Shown piece after piece: positions 27,017 through 34,165 of a DNA stretch of 42,279 nt; position 1 is the first letter of the stretch, and each line of letters starts with the position of its first letter. The DNA lies in IMG/VR virus record IMGVR_UViG_3300003311_000002, positions 1 through 42,279 of that record, one strand, 5' to 3'. Source of the DNA: a virus. The position numbers and the translations under genes are program-made. The notes beneath the pieces are model-generated. The model was not told the DNA's origin. It saw only the letters and a list, made by a program, of their open reading frames with translations, and did not search any database.

Positions 27017-29062
27017 TTAATTTCTCGACTCCGGAAGAGTTGGTTGAAGAGTTTTATTTACAGTGCGAACACCATTAACTTTTCTTTCCAATTCAAGGAA
27101 AGCATCGCCGGCATCGTTCAAGATGACCATGATGTAATCTCCCACTGCAGTAGGAGCGTAAGCTCCAGTAATTGAAGCAAACTTGTTGGCCTTGTCAATT
27201 CCTTGAGGATTGGCAACATCTCCACACTCAATGATGTAAGCAACACCTTTTTTCGCTCCGGTAATGTCTGTGATCTTCTGATCAGCAGTTGTATTTGCCT
27301 GAGTGATGAATAAGAAGTTCTTAGTAGCATCGGCAGTTGTAGCATCATCGGCCAATTTGGTTACTGGCTTATTCATGAAGATCTGCTGACACTCATAGTT
27401 GTTAGCCTCCAATTCAGCTCTAGTGTTGAACTTTTTACCAACGAAAGCAGCAACAGTACCTTCTTTAAATCTTGAACGTGCCAAAACATTTTCAAAATCT
27501 TCCTGTAGTTTCATTGCCATCATTTCACCAGGTAAATTTTCCAAACACTGAATATTACCAGGCTTGGTTAAAATCATGAATTTGTGAGTGACAACAGGCA
27601 ACCAATAAATAGGAATGTCACGATCAGGCACTTTATCAGAGTAAACTCCAACAAAATCAGAATCCTTACCATACTTTGCACGAAGACTCTTAATCCACCA
27701 TGAACGATGCTTCTTAGGTAGAACTAATGTAAACTGATCGATATCTTCATCTCCCAAGTCTGTATCAACATCTTCCAGGAAGGTATCGACAGCATCCAGC
27801 ATTACTGTTCCGGTGTTGTCGTAATCTGCATATGCAGTAGAATCATGAACCAACAACTTATTTTGGAATTGATAACGAAGCAAAGTGTAGATGATACCAG
27901 TTGAAGCATTGATTGCTAAACCTGCGACATCTTTTGTTGGTGTTCTGTAGATTCCTAAAATCTTGCGTTTGTTTTGTTCAGCAACTGCTTTCTCAAATAC
28001 ACCAACAAGTGTCCATTCTATCATATCCCATTTGATATCGCCAGATCCTTCAGTATTCTTGTAACCAAGATAGTTTCTTTCAATATCAGTTAATGGTTCA
28101 AATTCCAACTTGATGGAAACATCATCAACATGACCTGTTTCCGGATCTATATCAACAGAACCTTTAAAGATTCTACCTTTTTGCCATCCTTGAGATACTT
28201 CCCCAAATAGAGCGTTGAAGATCACCTCCATATCCTGAATGCCATAGCGACGAGGGAAGAAGTCGTACACAGTAGGAATCTTAAGAATGTGTGCAATAAT
28301 CGCATCCATTCTACGCACCATGAAACCATCAGGAATTCCGTTACCTGAAGAAGGTAAACCAACAGTTGTTCCTGCACTTAACTTGTCAGGGTTCAACATG
28401 TTGTTTTCACTTAAATAAGCAAAACGTTTTGATAATTTCTTACCAAAATCCTTAACAGCCGCTTGAAACTTTGGTGCATCCTCTTCTTCATCAGCAGGAT
28501 TGTTATTTGCATAGTTAGAATCTACTACGATTCTATTCCAACGGTGCTTTGTTGAATAATGATCATGCTTAACACCAAACGCATACTCTTTTGTATGCCC
28601 TAATCCATTTATATCCATAGTTGAAGCGTTAACAGGTTCGGGTTCGTCACCCTCTATTTTCTCACCAAGCTTTTTAATTTTGGCGTCTTTATCTTTATTC
28701 TCCTGAGCTAACTTTTTGTTTTTCTCAGTTAAGTTTTGAACCTGAGTGGTAAGATCGGCAGGAGTTGCAGTACCATTTTCTGAAGCTCCGGCACCATCAC
28801 CGTCTCCATCACCTTCACCATCACCTTCGCCTTCTCCATCAGATGAAGAATTGTCGGCCAAAAGATTCATGGCTTTGTCGTGAGCAGCAGCTTTTTCAGC
28901 TTGCTGTGAGTTTTCTTCCACATCGGCATAGAAATCATTGCCGGTTTCTTCTTTATAAGATTCTGCAATATTCTTCCAATCTTCAGAACTCAACTCTTTT
29001 TTTTGAGCCTTTTCTGTTAGATTCAGTTTATTCAGAACCTTTTCGAACATTTTTTTAAACAT
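27017..29062 (-). CDS. Major capsid protein with an N-terminal scaffold-like (delta-type) domain
   Basis: 681 aa directly downstream of the prohead protease gene. The N-terminal about 150 aa are acidic and coiled-coil, with a GEGEGDGEGDGDGDG tract. Confidence 0.6.
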   Translation of the reverse strand: MFKKMFEKVLNKLNLTEKAQKKELSSEDWKNIAESYKEETGNDFYADVEENSQQAEKAAAHDKAMNLLADNSSSDGEGEGDGEGDGDGDGAGASENGTATPADLTTQVQNLTEKNKKLAQENKDKDAKIKKLGEKIEGDEPEPVNASTMDINGLGHTKEYAFGVKHDHYSTKHRWNRIVVDSNYANNNPADEEEDAPKFQAAVKDFGKKLSKRFAYLSENNMLNPDKLSAGTTVGLPSSGNGIPDGFMVRRMDAIIAHILKIPTVYDFFPRRYGIQDMEVIFNALFGEVSQGWQKGRIFKGSVDIDPETGHVDDVSIKLEFEPLTDIERNYLGYKNTEGSGDIKWDMIEWTLVGVFEKAVAEQNKRKILGIYRTPTKDVAGLAINASTGIIYTLLRYQFQNKLLVHDSTAYADYDNTGTVMLDAVDTFLEDVDTDLGDEDIDQFTLVLPKKHRSWWIKSLRAKYGKDSDFVGVYSDKVPDRDIPIYWLPVVTHKFMILTKPGNIQCLENLPGEMMAMKLQEDFENVLARSRFKEGTVAAFVGKKFNTRAELEANNYECQQIFMNKPVTKLADDATTADATKNFLFITQANTTADQKITDITGAKKGVAYIIECGDVANPQGIDKANKFASITGAYAPTAVGDYIMVILNDAGDAFLELERKVNGVRTVNKTLQPTLPESRN

Positions 29063-29073
29063 ATGACTGAAAT

Positions 29074-30015
29074 TTAAATAAGACTTAATGCTTGATTTTG
29101 CTTAGATACTTTACTTAGGTGTTCTACTCCCAGGCGGTGAGCTTCGTTTACTGCTTCCTCGAATGAAACAATACCGTCAATCAACCCAACTTCAATGGCA
29201 TTCTTCCCATCGAAGGTTTCACCCTCGACGACCGGATGATCTTCGGGGAGTTTTCCAATGGATTCTCTTGATGTCCTAACGGCAGTCTCGAATTGTTCTT
29301 GGAGCGGATCAAGTTCTTCTTTGATGTATTGTTCAGGTTTTCCTTTGCGTAAGTCATTGTATTTTTTGTTTTTACGTTTCGATTTTGTTGCGTATTCTTC
29401 GATTCGCTTGAATCCCATTTTTTCAAATGCAGGAATGATATCCCAAAAAGAAACCATGGTTCCCAGTGAACCAATTGTGTCATTTTGAGTTAAAGCAAAA
29501 CACAAATCCCCATCGCAACCAAGGTAAAGGGCAGCTGAGCACCCCATCTTTTCATACAAGACTACCTTTGGTTTTTTCAAGTTTCTGGTTGCTTCCCAGG
29601 CTTGATCCAGATACCAGGCTTCACCTCCACCCGAATTGATATGGATAAAGTGTGACATGATTTGAGGATTCTCATCAGCAGCTTGCAATTCTCGAACGTA
29701 TTGCTTCGATGAGAAATACCAATACCAATCTTCATCAGCTAAAATTGGTCCCCATATTCTATGGTATGCTATGGATTGCTCCGGAATATCTGTTTCAGTA
29801 AAATTCCTGGTAAGATTTGCCTCCAGGTTAACGGATAGTTTTGTTAGAGCTTCCTCAGTTTCTTCTTTGTAGGAAGGAATGTGATCAGAAAAGAATGCTT
29901 CCTTTTCAACCAAAGAAAGATCAGCAATTAAGGAAAGCTGAGCTTCATCGGTCATGAACCATTTGCTCTCGAAAAGCAAACGGGATATTTTGGGAATGGA
30001 TAAAAGTTTTTGCAT
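29074..30015 (-). CDS. Prohead serine protease (ClpP/SppA-type, S14/S49)
   Basis: HINSGGGEAWY (ClpP INSPGG-like) and MGCSAALYLG (nucleophile-region-like). Confidence 0.7.
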   Translation of the reverse strand: MQKLLSIPKISRLLFESKWFMTDEAQLSLIADLSLVEKEAFFSDHIPSYKEETEEALTKLSVNLEANLTRNFTETDIPEQSIAYHRIWGPILADEDWYWYFSSKQYVRELQAADENPQIMSHFIHINSGGGEAWYLDQAWEATRNLKKPKVVLYEKMGCSAALYLGCDGDLCFALTQNDTIGSLGTMVSFWDIIPAFEKMGFKRIEEYATKSKRKNKKYNDLRKGKPEQYIKEELDPLQEQFETAVRTSRESIGKLPEDHPVVEGETFDGKNAIEVGLIDGIVSFEEAVNEAHRLGVEHLSKVSKQNQALSLI

Positions 30016-30070
30016 GATATATCAATTATATCATGCAAGTAACGATAGAAGCCTAAGTATATAAAGGACT

Positions 30071-30448
30071 TTACAGGAGCGGAGATAAAGCGGTCCGGGT
30101 AATTTCGAGGGAGTCGGAATTGATGTTTGGACTTAATTTTATTATGCATGGGATGTTGAGATCTCCCCAAATCAACTCACCATTATCATCGTGCAACCTG
30201 ACAATGGCTTTCATGCCTGGAGGAAGTTTTGCCTTGTCGGCATCAGATAGTTTCTCAATTGGCACACTTAATTTTTGTTGATATGATCTTCCGGCAGATT
30301 TTGTTTTTGCCTTATCGGTTGGCAGAACTTCGGAATTGGCATCAGCTTTTATCCAGGAAGCACCTGCTTTTAATATTACAGTTTGGGCTACTGCAACATC
30401 AACTTCATTGATTGGGGCAATCTCAATTTGATTGTGAAATTCTCTCAT
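30071..30448 (-). CDS. Hypothetical protein (125 aa)
   Basis: ATG ORF, first gene upstream of the protease gene. Confidence 0.6.
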   Translation of the reverse strand: MREFHNQIEIAPINEVDVAVAQTVILKAGASWIKADANSEVLPTDKAKTKSAGRSYQQKLSVPIEKLSDADKAKLPPGMKAIVRLHDDNGELIWGDLNIPCIIKLSPNINSDSLEITRTALSPLL

Positions 30449-30561
30449 AATTTATACTCTTAAATTTTCGGAGTTTTGCTCCGTTTTATTACTGATTTAG
30501 TGAAGCTTTCGGAGTAAAACGTGTCTGTTTTGTCTGAAAGTGTGAAAAGTTTTTTAACTGT

Positions 30562-31080
30562 TTAAAACATAGATGTTTGAAACTCTAAGAAGCGAGAAAC
30601 CTTAATTTTCTCACGTCGACGAAAGTCAATTTTCTTCACAGCCTCGAAATTGAGTGAATTATTTTGGATGTTGAAGCCTTTAATTATCGACTCGGTAATC
30701 TCTTTTTGGGAGTACCTCTTTTGGTATCCATACTCAAACATATTTCGAACCTCTCTCCGGAACTCCGTTTCGATGTAATCCTGGATTCTTTCTTCAGCCC
30801 ATTTGCTCACATAGCAAAAATTGTGAGTTAATGCATAGTGGTTGTTTTTGGTGATTGGCAAAATAAAGGTTGTAGGTTTCACAAGTAAAGGTCGTTTAAC
30901 AGGAGTCTCACTTATTGATACCAATGCAGAGATCCGTTTGCCGAAATCATGATTTCGTTTCAGAACGATTGCACCATCCTCGGTGTAGTCAAATAAGAAC
31001 CTGCAGTAATCAGCCAAATGTGGATCAAGATCGATAGTTACGGTTGGAAGATTTGCCGCGATAGTAGTTACTTTTCCCAT
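30562..31080 (-). CDS. Hypothetical protein (172 aa); candidate late-gene regulator by position
   Basis: First ORF after the 860-bp non-coding region and ahead of the capsid operon. ATG at 31080 preferred, since the track start at 31188 is TTG and lies inside a -7 box. Confidence 0.6.
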   Translation of the reverse strand: MGKVTTIAANLPTVTIDLDPHLADYCRFLFDYTEDGAIVLKRNHDFGKRISALVSISETPVKRPLLVKPTTFILPITKNNHYALTHNFCYVSKWAEERIQDYIETEFRREVRNMFEYGYQKRYSQKEITESIIKGFNIQNNSLNFEAVKKIDFRRREKIKVSRFLEFQTSMF

Positions 31081-31185
31081 ATGCTCTTTTATTCTAAGAT
31101 ATAGTAGTGGTTTACAAATAAAAAAGACTTGGCGGCCAGTACTCCAAAGATAATAATTTATGCCTTCCCCGTGTTTAATTTTCCT

Positions 31186-31193
31186 CAAAACTA
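31186..31193 (-). promoter_or_regulatory. Perfect TAnnTTTG -7 box (TAGTTTTG) upstream of the 172-aa ORF
   Basis: - strand TAGTTTTG about 105 nt upstream of the ATG at 31080. No clear -33 TTTG found. Confidence 0.3.
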
Positions 31194-31266
31194 TTGACTA
31201 TAATTGAATTTCCTCGATACAGTTCAAAAGGGTAGTACCCCCAAAACTCAGCACTTTTTTTGAATT

Positions 31267-31535
31267 TTTTGTAATTGCCCTTGTAAGTGTTTGATATATA
31301 AGTCCTTTGCAATTACAAAAGGCTTTCTTTGATTTTGTATATGTTTGATAATCAGCAATTACATTTTTGTAATTGGAGATGGTTTTTTGTAATTGCTTGA
31401 ATTATTTCGATTTGGTTTTAGATTAAATTAAAATAAAGATTGAAAAATTACATTTCAATTTTGAAAATGTAATTCTTTTGTAATTGAGTAAGTTTTTAAA
31501 TTCGAGAACTTTATATATTAAAATTACAAATTACA
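31267..31535. repeat. Array of TTTTGTAATTG(C) repeats in both orientations (candidate origin or operator array)
   Basis: Full copies at 31267..31278, 31309..31320 (reverse complement), 31365..31375, 31385..31396 and 31476..31486. Partial copies at 31355..31363, 31444..31452, 31468..31474 and 31522..31530. Confidence 0.7.
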
Positions 31536-31828
31536 TTTTTTTTAATAAAGGGGTTAGAGGGGGAAGGGGCAGAAAAGCCGACGAGGGCGAACTATGTATT
31601 TAGTTAGTGTTTTTGTATGGGGTTGGTGCTAGGCAAAAGCTGCGCAGAGTTTTAAATATGGCGTGCCGGTCCTGGTGCGATTGTTTAGAGCTTTAAAAAT
31701 GCGGTGGTGTTCGAGAGTTCGATATCTTCTGAAAGTGCGGTGATATCTGCTTGACAGGTGCTGTTAATGGGTTTGTGAAGTTGTTGTGGACAATGCAACA
31801 AATAAAGGCTGACCGGCACATAATAAAA

Positions 31829-31846
31829 ATGCCCCTGGAGGGGCAT
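31829..31846 (-). terminator. Intrinsic terminator for - strand (early operon) transcripts
   Basis: atgcccc-tgga-ggggcat stem followed on the - strand by UUUUAUUAU. Confidence 0.55.
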
Positions 31847-31931
31847 GGCATTACCGGCAGCATGACCGGGAAAGAATAGTAAATGTTACTGCAGAAAAAA
31901 ACCGAACGGTGAGGTTCAAAGGTTGAATTAT

Positions 31932-31960
31932 GGGAGGATTTCAAAAGCTCCTCCCTTTAC
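31932..31960 (+). terminator. Terminator-like hairpin for + strand transcripts
   Basis: gggagga/tcctccc 7-bp stem with a 10-nt loop, followed by tttactt. Confidence 0.4.
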
Positions 31961-32053
31961 TTGATATTTATTAATGTAGATTATTAGATATTTAATTCTT
32001 CTTAGCTGGAGGTTGCTGCACCTCCCACTTGTCAAGATCCTCCTGATTTGTAA

Positions 32054-32755
32054 TTACTCATATCCTAATCTTTGTATAACCCATGATGCAAAATCATTCA
32101 TGTCCTCGAAATCATCTGAAAGCATTAATTCTGCAGACTTCTCATCTATCTCATCACAAATAGCTGCTCTTAATTTTAATTTATCCAAACAATGAGAGCA
32201 GAGCGTGTGATCAGCGTCTACCCAGTGACAATTTTCTTTCTCCGGATGAGTGCAAGCATTGTCATCGGTGCAACCACACACTTGACAAATGCCATAACCC
32301 TTCTGTAGGGATTTAGGATTAGCCATATGTCTTGCCAACTGTACAGGATCGCAATTTTCAAAAGAACGAAGTGTTTTGGTTAGCATTTGAATTCTCTCAT
32401 AAGCTTTTGGACTGTGCTCTTTCCAGTATTCATTTGTTACACTTTCAATTTCATCACATTTTTCCTGAATGAATTCTGTTTTCCAAAGCTTCTCCGGCAA
32501 TTTCATCTGGACTGAGCAATTGTTGATTGAACGATGCATATCGAACATCATACCTCCATTGTACAGCTTATGCAATCCGGATCCATCCTCATTGTCGATA
32601 AAAAACTCTTCGCCTGGTGTGATTACTTTTACAGCCTGACGAACCTGACCAACAAATGGTTTAGTCCATGGCATTTCAAAATCAGTACATTCATTAATAA
32701 ATACATCGCAAACCTCGTAAGTCACTGGTTCACCATTCCAAAATCCTTGTTTCAT
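32054..32755 (-). CDS. Hypothetical protein with a C-terminal Cys-rich (zinc-binding-like) motif
   Basis: CQVCGCTDDNACTHPEKENCHWVDADHTLCSHC near the C-terminus. Last gene of the early array. Confidence 0.65.
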   Translation of the reverse strand: MKQGFWNGEPVTYEVCDVFINECTDFEMPWTKPFVGQVRQAVKVITPGEEFFIDNEDGSGLHKLYNGGMMFDMHRSINNCSVQMKLPEKLWKTEFIQEKCDEIESVTNEYWKEHSPKAYERIQMLTKTLRSFENCDPVQLARHMANPKSLQKGYGICQVCGCTDDNACTHPEKENCHWVDADHTLCSHCLDKLKLRAAICDEIDEKSAELMLSDDFEDMNDFASWVIQRLGYE

Positions 32756-32772
32756 TGGTTTTATTTTTAAGG

Positions 32773-32955
32773 TTAGTCAACTACTATAAATTGATCATCT
32801 TCATTTGGATGAAATGTCACTATGTTATTTTTGCATTGAACTCCGTGATCTTCTTCATTGATAGTTTCAACTTCGAACTGCATTAATCCGGCTCCAGGAA
32901 TATCCATTAGTATTTTGTCGCCTGGCTCTATGTCGTAAAAATCTTTTGCTCTCAT
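32773..32955 (-). CDS. Small acidic hypothetical protein (60 aa)
   Basis: ATG at 32955 (track start 32976 is TTG). Confidence 0.5.
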   Translation of the reverse strand: MRAKDFYDIEPGDKILMDIPGAGLMQFEVETINEEDHGVQCKNNIVTFHPNEDDQFIVVD

Positions 32956-32959
32956 TGAT

Positions 32960-33343
32960 TTATCGCTTGAATTCAACTGAAAAGATTCCGGTATCTATAC
33001 TACTCTTGCCGATCTGGGGAAACTGATTTTTAGTTTCTTCTTTTATAACCTCGAAAATCGACATGATATTTTTTGCTTTGTTTTCAAATCCATCTGTAAT
33101 CTCAACTGTTAGGATCTTGCCGGACCATGAGATATCGAGCTTCTCAATTTTTCCATATTTCAGTATTTTGGACTTTATATTCTTAAGAATTTGGTATTCT
33201 TCACCCAGTGTTCTTTGAGTCTCGATAATTTCAGTAATAGAAACCTCAATGCCATGTTCATTGAGTAAATACTTTTGAATCTTGTTTGGCATAAATTCAT
33301 CACAATTAGCAATGGCCATCTTAACATGTTCTGATAATTTCAT
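32960..33343 (-). CDS. Hypothetical protein (127 aa)
   Basis: ATG ORF in the early array. Confidence 0.6.
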   Translation of the reverse strand: MKLSEHVKMAIANCDEFMPNKIQKYLLNEHGIEVSITEIIETQRTLGEEYQILKNIKSKILKYGKIEKLDISWSGKILTVEITDGFENKAKNIMSIFEVIKEETKNQFPQIGKSSIDTGIFSVEFKR

Positions 33344-33364
33344 TGATTTAATTTTAAAGGTTAG

Positions 33365-33760
33365 TTATTCTATTGATTTCTTCTCTAATGCATAGCCAAT
33401 AGGCTCGTATTGCGAAGTATTTACAAATGGTTTTTCTTCGCATTCTACTTTGGTAAATACCGGATATGATATTCTGAATGGATGAAAGTGTAGGTCTTTC
33501 TTTTTCAGCTTCAGATCTCCATATCCGTAGTCTTCCATTGCATTCATTACAGCAAAGCCAAGTGAAAGAATGTCATTGATACTGGCTCCAAGGCTGTTTG
33601 AGTAAGATGGATCATCATCATACACGTGTCCTGGATTGTTCTTTGCCATTTCGTAGTATGACTCCAGGTTCTCGAACTTTGTGAAACCATCTAATTCGCA
33701 GAGCTTTTTAAGCTGCTGTTCTGATAGATGTATCTGTATGTTGAAAATTGTCTTTTTCAT
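33365..33760 (-). CDS. Hypothetical protein (131 aa)
   Basis: ATG ORF in the early array. Confidence 0.6.
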   Translation of the reverse strand: MKKTIFNIQIHLSEQQLKKLCELDGFTKFENLESYYEMAKNNPGHVYDDDPSYSNSLGASINDILSLGFAVMNAMEDYGYGDLKLKKKDLHFHPFRISYPVFTKVECEEKPFVNTSQYEPIGYALEKKSIE

Positions 33761-33939
33761 GATTTATTTCTTTTCTAGTGTTGCATTTTTATTGAATAGT
33801 ATTTCACTTACACAAAACAATTGGACATAGTTTTCAAAACTGTTGTATCCCTCCTTGATTGAGTTTGATACATCCACACACCATCCCATGACTGTTTCTT
33901 CACTGCAATAACATTCTCCATCATACCAAATGTATTTAC

Positions 33940-34155
33940 CTACATCTTCCTGTTCACAGTATCCATCGTAACTCTTTTAAAATCTTCGTATTCCTCTTGA
34001 GTTAAAATGAATACATTTTCTATTTCTCCAGTAATTCTCTCAACCCAATGGTCAAGTGAGCTTACACTATCCTTATCAATCCAGGCATTTACATTAGAGT
34101 AGGATAATGCTCTTTTGTAATGAACCTCGGTTATTTCTTTGATGTTTAATTCCAT
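33940..34155 (-). CDS. Hypothetical protein (71 aa)
   Basis: ATG ORF downstream of the primase-helicase gene. See the finding on the adjacent out-of-frame coding-like stretch. Confidence 0.55.
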   Translation of the reverse strand: MELNIKEITEVHYKRALSYSNVNAWIDKDSVSSLDHWVERITGEIENVFILTQEEYEDFKRVTMDTVNRKM

Positions 34156-34165
34156 AATCTCAATC

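Larger units (their letters stand above)
31550..31960. ncRNA. Candidate structured non-coding RNA (GC-rich, ORF-free island); strand unresolved, + slightly favoured
   Basis: Visibly higher GC than the flanks. No ATG ORF of 60 aa or more. G>C on the + strand. 9-bp long-range helix 31663..31671/31811..31819. Several local hairpins. A + strand terminator-like hairpin at its right end. Confidence 0.3.

Noticed and set aside
30562-31188. Longer 208-aa version of the ORF as given in the track
   Set aside because: The track start is a TTG lying inside a perfect TAGTTTTG -7 box, and the extra 36 aa look non-protein-like. The ATG at 31080 was chosen instead, without experimental support.
31267-31535. 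Possible CRISPR array because of many short repeats
   Set aside because: The repeats are only 11-12 bp, occur in both orientations with irregular spacing, and there are no cas genes. This fits iteron or operator repeats, not CRISPR.
31551-31586. G-run tract GGGG-TTAGA-GGGGG-AA-GGGG...GGG as a G-quadruplex
   Set aside because: Only three close G-runs are present. The fourth needs a 15-nt loop, so the support is weak. It is noted only as part of the GC-rich island.
31693-31944. 83-aa - strand ORF inside the GC-rich non-coding island
   Set aside because: It starts at TTG rather than ATG. Its composition is Cys/Phe/Pro-rich and unlike the neighbouring proteins. It runs through two terminator hairpins. 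It is more likely a chance ORF in structured non-coding DNA.
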